A DNA stretch of 64,000 bases from Botryllus schlosseri (taxonomy: Eukaryota): NCBI GenBank assembly GCA_051294905.1, contig CM119385.1:8556001-8620000 (forward strand), written 5' to 3'. Positions 51,901-60,803 of this stretch are shown here, piece by piece. The notes beneath the pieces were generated by a model that ran no database searches, had not been told where the DNA came from, and saw only the letters and a program-made list of their open reading frames with translations. The position numbers were made by a program, and so were the translations under genes. Numbering within the stretch: the first letter of the stretch is position 1; every line of letters begins with the position of its first letter.

Positions 51901-54900
51901 CAGGGTATCTGACATTTTAAAAGCTACCCGATGTTTAAAAAAGGGTCTCCACTTTGTTGTTTGTGATCCTATCTCGATGTTGTCTATTTCGTGTCCTAAA
52001 ACGCTACCATGGTGACTAAAAAAGGTCATCGGTCATCAAACAAGCTAAATAGTGGCTAGATGAGGTATGCAATTCCACCCACGACGTCATTGCGAAGGAG
52101 TAATGTGGTTTCGCAGTTGATAATGCGTTTCAACATTGCCGTTTCACGGACCCAAAAGAAGTTCGGCTCTGCGAGACGTGCAAATAAGAGTCATGTATGT
52201 ATTAGACCTCCTTATATAGTTGGTGATGCAATATTATAGCATCAGGTAGCATCAGACAGCATGAACAATGGCCTTTACACCAGACCTAACCTGATGAGAA
52301 ATAGATAAACTGTTTTGCTGCACTGTTCCTCAGCAAAAGTAGGATTACCTCCCAAGGGTATAAACGCGGGAGCGAGGTGTTGCGTATGCGTTCCGAAACA
52401 TCCAAGTCGAAGTAGAGTGCCGGTGACTGTTGACAGTGGTCAGGTGCGATAGCATCGGGTGGATTGGAAATATTATGAATTATACATAATCCACTTGAAC
52501 CTGTGCTTTCAGTAAACACAAGTTTCCTGCTTGACGCGCTGGAAGCCGTAATGCATTAGCAGTGAGGTCGCGTTGTCCTTTTTGAGTGGGCGAAATTTAA
52601 TCGCTCGTAAAGATGGCTTAATCCTATCATATGGAAACTCATGCTACTTGCCATTCAATTGTTGATTATGTGTATCGCTGAGCGTAGAACGTCCGAAGTC
52701 CTTTACGTCTTTGTGACTGTTTCCTTTCGGCGGGTACACGCTGAACTGTCTTTTCCGCGATATGGATTGGTGTATGAAGTGGACAGTGATATTAGTCATT
52801 GCGACATCGTGGTGACGCGATAATTTCAGGCCGATTTCCATAAACGATAGCCCTGTGTCGTAAATGGCAATGTAGATTGTACACGATAACCGATTTATTG
52901 ATGAATATTTTAGCTTCTGCAACAACGACATAAAAACGCAAGTCCGCACAATAAAAAAGACACTCCACGTCGCAAGTGTCATAGGTGTCAACATAAAGCA
53001 AGTTCTGGTTTTAGTAGGTGCTAAGCAGGTAAATAGTTGATCAGATCTGATAAGTCTGGTATAGTAATGCCCATTAGGATAGTTACAAAAAAGTATTTCC
53101 AAATCTTTTCCGCTATTCGATGCGAAATTAATAAAAACTTTGCACACCAAATTTGCTCAATTTTAACTGGTAGATGTGAAGCTGCAGGAGTTGAAAAAAT
53201 TATAATTTTTTTCAAATTTGACTGTTAACCTCATGAAATTGTCAAGTTGTCTGAAAAAACGATGGTAAAAATTTTTGCTCACTTCCAACTGGGAGAAGCG
53301 AAGCTATTGCAGTTGAAAATTTTGGATCCGCAAAAATAACATTGACGGTGGGTAATCCCAGAATTAACTATGAAAAACTCAAATAACTTCGCTTCTACGG
53401 GTAGTAATTGATACCCATCATTTTTGAAATTTTCCAAATTTTGGACAATCCTACTGACTATATTTTTGAAGATTGCACCAATTTGTTGTGTCGTGAGTCA
53501 TTCTGCGTTAGTCGGTAAGGTGCGCCCTGCTATTTCGAAATTTGCCAACTTCAATGTACTATTAGAAGTATGCGGCGTCCCTACCTAATTTACTTTTTGC
53601 AAATACGTATTCTTGAGTAGCCTGCATTTAAAGTCATAGTTTTCTACTTCCAAGCCGTTTTTGAAATGTCTTGGAAATTTCTGCGATTACTGCTTTGGCG
53701 GACTCTGCTGTCGACCGATTTTGGTAAGAATGTATTGTTTACATCAGTTTTCTCAGAAATTCCTCCTGATCGATAGGAACTCTTTTTAAAATATCGGTCG
53801 ATGTTTCTACGGTCTTTGATACCGATATTCCCCCTATTTCCAGAATTGGTACTGAGATTATGAAAGCAACCATGCCGGACGACAGCGACCTGGGCCAGTT
53901 CTCCGTGCTGCGGGCCTTCCGAGTACTGCGCGCTTTAAAGACCATGTCCGTCGTGCCAGGTGCGTCACGGTTTTGTCGCCGACCTCTAGATGTAATTAGC
54001 GTGTCTTTGTCCGTTACGTGCCTAACTAGCAATATGGCAGTCCTGTCTTCAAGGGTGTCTTCAAAGATTCTCACCAGCCTAAAAACAAAGGCTTTTTCGT
54101 TGCCGAATTAGTAGCGAAGAGTCCGCTACATTCAATTACGCAACGCGCGCGAACAAAGGCTTGTCTGGCATCGCTCAATTAGCGCTTCTATCCGCGCTGC
54201 GTACGCGAACTGAATCCGAAACCGCCAACATGATATGATAATTAATCGGACGTTGGCTAATGCGATCGGCTCGGAATGCTAATTACAGCTGACCGCGTTT
54301 TTTTCGGAGAAGATTTCAGGCCTTTTCTATTGACTCGGCGATGTGGCCGCTATATGGTGGGTCTCGCGATGCGTAATTACGTACGGTAGGACAATGCGTG
54401 ACTTTGGTGTCGTGTAAGCGGCCGTTTGCGTAATGCTTTAGAAGTCGTTGCGTTGGGGTGTGGAACGACTTTCGCTGATTGGTGTAGGAGTGGGGATGCG
54501 TCGGTGCGACGCTGCCGCCAATTGTTTTGAGGATACGAGCCGAATTTGTAAGTCCTGGCCATTTATGGCCATTTACTATTTATTCTTTGTAGATCTAGAG
54601 CCATAACATTTCCTTTTAGTTTGGCACAAATGACTACTTTAGGAAAATTTGCAAGCATTCGGATTGCGAGCATATTCACCTCCAATCCGAATTTTCACCC
54701 GGCTTTCACACCTATGCGTCTATACACTTTTCTCGATAATTATAAACAATCCAGAGAATTGCAATACTTATGCAATAAACACATACTCTATGAATATGGC
54801 TTATATCGTGTCCGTCATAGGCTGCTGTGACCTGTTTAGACTAATTCACTTACTAGTATTACATCATGAGTCTTAATTTTACGCGACCGCAATACATTGT

Positions 54901-57900
54901 AGATACCTCTGGTAAGCGCTACACGGGGGAATGTTCTTTCTGAATTGAAATCACATTGAGAATCATTACAACTCACTACTGAATATTCCTGTGGTATTTT
55001 CTTCCGCACAATTAGTCCATCTCGCCATCACGAGTGGTTACGAAGTGTGTTTTGGGTCTACAGCGTGGTTGGAAGTTGTGAAGTCGAAATGACAATGAAG
55101 TATGGTATCGGCCATAAATACTGCCTGTGACGGGAATACCAAATTTTCATTCAGACAGTCGCATCGGCCTCAATTATGCAAAACCTTATCCTATTTCTAA
55201 TGAGTACTTCTTCGGGGTGGTCACACTGAAATCGGACGCATAAAATTGATATTCACCCGCGCCGTAGAGCCATTTGCGAGGCCGATGATTGAAGCGTACC
55301 TGAATCGGCGTCTCCGCTCAAATATTTGAATTGTGCATATTTTGACGCCTATAACGCGCCATTTCACGCCGGACGATGTGAAATTTAATAACGCCAACTT
55401 TCCCACCTGGAATATATGAGTATAGCCCTGCTAGGCGAAAAATATATTATTTAACTAAGGTGTCTCCGATCTCTCATCGCCCGCCGCTCGCTACGAAAAA
55501 AACAAGGCTCTGGTGTCGACTGAACTTATTTGCGAAAATGTTGTAGTCACTATTTAAATGCAACTCACTTGTATCGTCTCAAACGACTGTGACGTCGCCT
55601 TGGTGACGGACGTTGAGGGTGCTAAGTGGCCGACACTTTTTGTTGTTTTTACGGACACTATGGATGGCACGTCTCGCTCGGCGGTGGACCGTGTCCCGTG
55701 CGGTTAATGAATATTTTGATATCAACCGTGCAGTTGCTTCTTTGATGCTGGTGCTGTTCGGTTCCGTGTCTATTAGCGTAAAGGGAGGTCGGATTTTCGA
55801 CGGGAAAGAATGCTATGGAATACTATCGGCGTCTCTCCAGCAATTAAAATAGTCATCGTTGCTACTCGGGTACAAAAGCAGACGTAACGTTGTAAATTTC
55901 TACTTAGTACAAGTAGAAATAGCGTCTTCCAAGTTAATAAAGAGCAAATATTCTGAACGGACTGTTGCCTAAACAAAATGTTAAGTAGAAGTAGTTTATT
56001 TACAATCATAAGCAGTTGAGTAAGTAGTCCAAGTAGGCGAGTAGAAGTACACGTTACTGACCACCTCTGGGCTCCGGTCTATGCCCTGTTTGTCCTGACG
56101 CATTTCGGGTGGTCACTATCTCCACTCGATATTTGTTAGGTTGAAAACAAATGCGTTAATGGATCAATTGTAAATGATCACGATCAACACGACGCATTAG
56201 CAGTAAGTGAGAAATTGTGCTGAAACCCGACACCCAAGATATGCTGATAGAGGTTGCGTCAACCTACTTGAGGGAATTTGGTTTTAAACTGCCTTTATTT
56301 GAACAGCCATTGAAGTCAAAGTATTTCGTATTTGCACAATTTAGTCAAGGAAAAGTGACCCCGTAAGGACAGATTCGTAATAGCGAGATCGCCAACGGAA
56401 TCCGGCCAACGGAGCGGCATGTCATGAGTCGGACTTTTGTCGGTCATCAATTGCTTTAGCATTAAATTTGTTTAATGTACCTTCGTCACAGTTTCTGCCA
56501 TACTATAGTAGAGTAGTAGTAGGATAATGCGATATCTAATTAATGAGATTATTCATAAAAAGTTACTCAACTCGTAACTCCTATCTTGTCTGTCGCTTGC
56601 GTAGGCGCGCTACAAGCTTCATACATTTCGATCACATGCTAGGATTAATATATTGAACAATTATATAATTCGTATAATCCTTAATGCGTCTGCTCGGTTA
56701 TACCGGTCAACGGGTGCATCTAAATTGCAATCTTTTTATTCACAAGTATCCTATGGTCTCTCTCTATATATAAATTTCCAGTGTGTAACCGATGCGATGA
56801 AAATACAATTTAAATGGTTCTCGCATATTAATTCATCAATATTGATGCCGGTGCCGCTCACCGATTCTATATACGTACCGGAGTCGGTCTCGTAGCTCGG
56901 GATCAAGTTTTCCGTCTCGTTCACGGTCGCGGAGTTTTAATTATTCATCAATTCACGCAAAGTTGGCATCCCCGTCTTGATAAGAATTCTATATCGGAGC
57001 GCAAATCAAATTTTGCCCGGATACTGGAAATAGAGCCTCGTCACGGTATAATTTCGGCATTACGGCGTCTAGTATAGTCTCAAGTGTGGATTGTGTAGTC
57101 GTGTGGAGTATACGGTCATTTAGGTTGTGCATGTGATGCTCTGCTGTATAGACCCGGATCAGAACTTGATGTGGTGGACTGTTTCAGTGACTAGGGGAGC
57201 ATTGGGGTTGTTCGTTCCGGTCTTTGCCTTTCATTATGGCTCACTTGAATCGAGCGTTGAACTTTACACGAAACTAACAGTAAATTTAAGCTATCGCAGA
57301 GAGTCACGAAATGTTCCCCATAAACACGCAGTTTCATCATGATTTGGACAGGAGATATAGTTCGTACATTTCAACTGTGCGCTATTCCGCCCCAAGTAGA
57401 GTAGTTAGTGAGATTGTCAGGAGTTTTACCACGTGCCGCGATGAACAACGACTGGTGAGGGGTGAACAATGAGCATGCGTCACTTCATAACCCTAAAATG
57501 GGTCTCATGCGTAATCGTCGCATGCTCACGAATCCGTTAGAGAACCGGTAACAAACTGCTCCCCGTTACCAGCACCGTACACAAAGTCATAACCCATATT
57601 CCTTCTGCCAGGTCTCCGCGGGATCGTCAAAGCCCTGCTGCGGTCCATACGAGCCCTGCAAGATGCCGTGGCTCTTACCATGTTCTGCGTGTCCGTCTTC
57701 GCACTCATCGGCTACCAGCTCTTCCACGGCACCCTGCGTCACAAATGCGTGCTCAAACCAGGCTACATCGCCGACGGTCCGGACGCGTTGTACCTAGCCG
57801 ATTGGGACGCGTCCAACACCACCTACCTAGCGGGCCCCGCCTTATTTCAATTCGACCCGGGCCGGACTACGCCGCCTTCCGTCGAATGGCATAATTTCAC

Positions 57901-60803
57901 CAAAAATCGCGAAATTGACAAATATCTGCCCATGTCGCTAACGCCGCTTTTTTCATATCACATTAACGAGACTTGCTACGATTGCTACCCCGAATGGACC
58001 CCTTTTTATAACACTACGTGGACCGAACACGACACTAATTTAACGAAAAATATGTTCGCCACAATCCACCACCAGCTATTGAACGCTTCGTCCAGTTTTC
58101 GCCGTGATACGCAGTCAAAGTCGGCTTCGTGCGTAGATATTCTAAATGAATGCCTAGTGTCTAGCGATATGCGACTGTACACAAACAGCAGTAATTCCAG
58201 CTTAGTGCAGGAGATGCTACGATCCCAAGCCGACCCATACGGCCATTTTTACGAGACCGGTTGTGAATTTCTAAGCGGTAATTCCACGCGGAATTTAACA
58301 TCGAGCGATTCGATATGCAATGTCTCAGTCACTGCGTACGCGGGAAATATTACCTGCATGTATGAAATCCTAGGCTTCAACCGGACTAACGACACGCTTT
58401 TGAGGTTTCATGAATGCTTCGACAACAACACGTGGATTAAAACACTCGCTTTCGGCAAGGAACGCGTGCAACGGTATGAAACACGTAAAACGGCGATATT
58501 TTACCGCTTGCATCCTGTCCCCGGCGGTTCTGCCGGAATGAGGGTGGACGAAGCGTTTCGCGGCGGAAAGTCGAACTTGATATTTGAGGAGTATGAGCGC
58601 GAGGCTATGACTAAGGCGGAACTGACGGATTGGAATTGCACTGACGAGCATTACCTCATGAGAGACGTGGACCGGGGGATGTATTTTTATCCGAACTCGT
58701 CGAACAGACCCACCGACGAGCCGCGCTACTGCAAGCTGGCGGACACGTATGTATTACTCTGTTTATAGCAGCAGTGGTTCCCAACCTTTTTCCACCCGCG
58801 TACCATTTCGAGGTTTTACGCAGTGCTCGCGTACCACCTACATAAGATACGCACGCCGAAGGCGGTAAAAAATGTTTCTACCGTGTTGAGTTGCTGAATA
58901 CAGGGAAACAGAAGATAGCTGCCCAACGTGCCCATTTTAAGGCGCAGTATATGATTTCTGTAGTGGATCCATTTGGAATTCTTATGGTCAAATGTATCCA
59001 AACGAAATTTGATTAGGTAAGAATCCCAATGCTTTACGACTATAGATTTCTTCCCCGTAGGTCGTCATTGGCAGGGTTGCCCCTACCCACGACGACGACC
59101 TTACCACGAAGACGAAGGCTTCAAAAAACTAAAAATCAACCCCACCTGAACTAATAACTCCCTTCGGTCCAAAAAACAGAATCCACTCCTGTGCCACCTG
59201 GAAGACCTTCGCGTACCACTACGCGCACCACAGGTTGGGAACCACTGGTTTATAGATCATCATGTCTTTCGTGCTCACTGCTCAGCCTAGCATCGGTCGG
59301 ACTAAAAATGGTTTTATGTTGAAACGGGTTTAAGGTTATGAATGACGGGTTTATTTTTTTCTGTTTTTGTCGATATCCTGGTTAACTATACAAATCAAGT
59401 TAATTGTTCGGGATGGAAATAAAATATCGTCGATGATTGAACGGACGCGGCGAGTTACCATGGCCCGATAGGAGGATGTATCGCGTTCGATTTGCCTAAG
59501 TGTACATTTGACACTTTTCACTGTATTGCTGCGATTGGGTACTTGACCCGTCGAATCATTTTCCAGGTTCACATTTACACATGAATACTAGAGATACTAA
59601 TTTCAATGAATATAGACATATGTGATAATTTAATAATCAGCATTCAACTTCTCCTGCAGCCAATTTGCTCTTGTTATCATTAAGACATTCGTTGACTATA
59701 TCAAATTTCCTATCTAATGAATTATATATCTTGAAATATCCCTGATATTACAGATTTTTAGCGATGCCGATATCTGGCAATATGGGTGTGCCGATGTATC
59801 ATTCTCGCATATAGAGATAGATAACAATTTCCAATAATATAAATAATACACTTTCGTTCGAACTACGAGCAATATTTCTGTATATGAATTCACTAGAATG
59901 TGCGGGTAGCGCGAAGGCACTCATAGTTCCCATTCGCCGGACCGGAATATTTACATTGCTGACATTCATGCATCGTGGGAACGTCCGGGGTTGTTGCGGC
60001 GTTGTGACGCGACACGCATCGGCCGACTCATATAGTTTGCACGAATTTTTAAATCGCATCCCCGGCGAACCGTGACGTTGTTGTCATATTTAGTATAGAA
60101 AGCGTCTCGGACATGGAGCGTTGTTTATAACGCTTTGCCGTTCGTTCGATTGTTGGAAAACACAAGGGCTGTACTGTTGTCATGTTATGCGGTGACATAT
60201 AGCGTGTAGGTTGCGTCCTATTGACAAACTGTTGCATTTTACGCACTGATAATAATAATTGGGACTGGGCACCACGATTCGAGTATCAATTGTAGCCGTT
60301 CGTCGAGTCGATTATCGAGAGTTGATTTTTCAGGTAACGAAAATAGTCGTCATCCTGCTACTAGTTACTCCGTCAACTAAAACAAAACATAATTTTTATA
60401 CTACGTTCCCGCTGGCGAGCAGTAATACGTCGTTGGTCGTACGTCAGCATCCGAAACCAGCTGTGCAAGGTTACGCATGTTCGACATTTCTCGGAGTTAG
60501 TGATCAACCCTCGGCATTGTCATAAAGCGCTATTCAAATTATTTTTGATGACGTGTACCTAGCGTTCTTTTACTTGAGATTTGAATCATTCATTCGCACA
60601 TTAGACGATTTACGAATCTGTATTTCGAATGTCTAAACACCACCTTGATCTCATCCAGCTCTGTTTGCGGCGCTTCCCACGAATGTCTGGAAGCCGGCGG
60701 CAACCCGGACTCCGGTTATACCAACTTCGATTCCTTCTTCTGGGCGTTTCTCACCTCGTTCCGCCTGATTAACCAAGATGCCTGGAGTCGCCTCTATTAT
60801 TTG
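21601..60803 (+). CDS. Voltage-gated sodium channel alpha subunit (Nav/SCN family), 5' part: N-terminus to DI pore loop; multi-exon gene continuing beyond the window
   Basis: Seven phase-compatible exons with canonical AG/GT ends join into one ORF containing Nav hallmarks: [17 protein letters not shown]|[78 protein letters not shown]. The specific orthologue cannot be assigned from the window, so no gene symbol is given. Confidence 0.97.
25000..25262 (-). mobile_element. Related SINE subfamily, degenerate; 3' boundary approximate
   Basis: Minus strand has A-box TAGCGTAGCGG, B-box-like GATCGAATCC and the shared core GGAGGTTATTCTAGGCTCCTC...AAAAAGCCCAG; the 3' part differs from the other copies. 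Confidence 0.6.
25780..26812. mobile_element. Decayed MITE (AAGTAGAAGTA repeats, GTTACTGACC end) hosting the 25919-26500 insertion
   Basis: The right end gtagaagtacttcgttactgacc matches the end of the copy at 55850-56069; the left boundary is approximate. Confidence 0.45.
25919..26500. mobile_element. hAT MITE (TAGGGTTGCATTTAAAAC termini)
   Basis: Long terminal repeats TAGGGTTGCATTTAAAACAAA / TTTGTTTTAAATGCAACCA; perfect 8-bp TSD ggtgggat. Confidence 0.9.
26823..27224. mobile_element. Degenerate relative of the 17361-18305 MITE
   Basis: cagcgttggg start, tgacttgact / gagtca arrays, ttgacaccaac end. Confidence 0.55.
28881..29101. repeat. Hairpin or small palindromic MITE, about 90-bp arms and 40-nt loop
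   Basis: tattcatattgaaa...gagaattg.aaaga..attgta matches the reverse complement of the right arm at about 90% by eye. Confidence 0.85.
30596..30713 (+). mobile_element. Short dispersed repeat (TAGGGTTGGAATTAGCAAT family), copy A
   Basis: Aligns with 34651-34804 (same strand) and 31854-32001 (opposite strand); lacks one internal block. Confidence 0.8.
30821..30980. mobile_element. Small decayed MITE with caagtc/gagtca arrays
   Basis: Repeated tcaagtc/cgagtca motifs ending in aaaaccctg. Confidence 0.45.
31277..31494 (+). CDS. Nav N-terminal domain exon ([12 protein letters not shown]...[10 protein letters not shown]...[11 protein letters not shown])
   Basis: Acceptor cattttcag, donor AAG|gtacgg. 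LKEGKKLP and [11 protein letters not shown] match Nav LEAGKxLP and LEDLDPYYxNK. The phase 0 end joins TYIVLNK, the same intron position as in vertebrate SCN genes. Confidence 0.92.
31854..32001 (-). mobile_element. TAGGGTTGGAATTAGCAAT family, copy B (inverted)
   Basis: Its reverse complement aligns along the full length of copy C. Confidence 0.8.
32612..32894. mobile_element. Palindromic MITE with long imperfect terminal repeats
   Basis: Left arm gcatgtaaaagttttgag...tgcatagagttg...gttgaaatgc pairs with right arm gcatttcaact...caactctatgca...ctcaaaaagtttacttgc. Confidence 0.75.
33273..34451. mobile_element. hAT (Buster-like) MITE with a nested MITE at 33453-33756
   Basis: Terminal repeats CAGGGGTGGGCAAAC / GTTTGCCCACCCCTG; TSD acctagac / acctatac (7/8, central TA); gcggcccgc subterminal repeats. 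The inner element has caatggttcccaaac / gtttgagaaccactg ends. Confidence 0.9.
34651..34804 (+). mobile_element. TAGGGTTGGAATTAGCAAT family, copy C
   Basis: Aligns with copies A and B. Confidence 0.8.
37255..37629. repeat. Imperfect palindrome, about 150-bp arms and 75-nt spacer (foldback MITE-like)
   Basis: ttgccaccac.gcagggt...ggcactt.ctggt.caaaa...tattccaat...acaccaat..tatggagatatat.ccagg pairs with the reverse complement of 37478-37629. Confidence 0.8.
39627..40015. mobile_element. hAT (Buster-like) MITE
   Basis: Terminal repeats CAGTGGTTCCCAAC / GTTGGGAACCACTG; TSD gtcaaaat / atctaaat (6/8). Confidence 0.85.
41432..43069. mobile_element. 1638-bp foldback-type element with hAT-like ends, about 780-bp inverted arms and 80-bp spacer
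   Basis: TAGGGTTGTCCATAATTTGG termini; perfect 8-bp TSD ttcaccat (41424-41431 and 43070-43077); the arms align from the termini to about 42213 / 42291. Confidence 0.95.
44014..44515. mobile_element. hAT (Buster-like) MITE
   Basis: Terminal repeats CAGTGGTTATCA / TGATAACCACTG; TSD ggttagag / ggttggag (7/8). Confidence 0.85.
46268..46651 (+). CDS. Alternative first coding exon giving a different 128-aa Nav N-terminus ([15 protein letters not shown]...RIRSFFDTK)
   Basis: ATG at 46268, 128 open codons with GC-rich composition like the other exons, donor AAG|gtacac at 46652 in phase 0, matching the exon 48861 acceptor. No Nav homology within the exon. Confidence 0.75.
48861..49072 (+). CDS. Nav exon: end of N-terminal domain and DI-S1 ([23 protein letters not shown]...[27 protein letters not shown])
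   Basis: Acceptor tttttgtttcag, donor GA|gtgagt, 212 nt, phase 0 to 2. Clear similarity to Nav TFIVLNKGKxIFRFSAT...ILTNCVFM. Confidence 0.97.
50408..50750. mobile_element. Truncated copy of the 25919-26500 MITE
   Basis: The left terminal repeat TAGGGTTGCATTTAAAACAAAA and internal sequence (catgacgtca...gtgacgtca.ggtggatt...gacaattgaaaatataggg) are colinear; the right repeat is missing. Confidence 0.8.
51505..51633 (+). CDS. Nav exon: DI-S2/S3 ([43 protein letters not shown])
   Basis: Acceptor tttcgtttttag, donor GC|gtgagt, phase 2 to 2. Its 129 nt equal the length of the vertebrate SCN exon. Not in the ORF track because it has no start codon. Confidence 0.98.
53844..53959 (+). CDS. Nav exon: DI S3-S4 linker and S4 voltage sensor ([39 protein letters not shown])
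   Basis: Acceptor cctatttccag, donor CCAG|gtgcgt, 116 nt, phase 2 to 1. The R..R..R..K gating-charge pattern is intact. Confidence 0.97.
55850..56069. mobile_element. Partial MITE end (GTAGAAGTA repeats, CGTTACTGACCACCTCTG terminus)
   Basis: Terminus shared with the element ending at 26812. Confidence 0.5.
57612..58746 (+). CDS. Nav exon: DI S4-S5 linker, S5 and a very long extracellular S5-pore loop
   Basis: Acceptor ttccttctgccag, donor AC|gtatgt at 58747, 1135 nt open in frame, phase 1 to 2. Starts [12 protein letters not shown]...[18 protein letters not shown] and ends PRYCKLADT. Confidence 0.96.
58772..59247. mobile_element. hAT (Buster-like) MITE just downstream of the giant exon donor
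   Basis: Terminal repeats CAGTGGTTCCCAACCT / AGGTTGGGAACCACTG; TSD gtttatag at 58761-58768 and 59248-59255, with an extra cag at 58769-58771. Confidence 0.9.
60659..60803 (+). CDS. Nav exon: DI pore loop ([48 protein letters not shown])
   Basis: Acceptor tcatccag, donor TTG|gtgaga, 145 nt, phase 2 to 0. Colinear with Nav [47 protein letters not shown]. Confidence 0.97.

Noticed and set aside
52644-53150. 168-aa minus-strand ORF
   Set aside because: Non-ATG start, low-GC intronic composition, overlaps decayed repeat sequence and has no recognisable domain.
51634-57611. A duplicated, mutually exclusive S3-S4 exon (like vertebrate 5A/5N)
   Set aside because: I read both introns for a second LRxFRVLR-like segment and found none.
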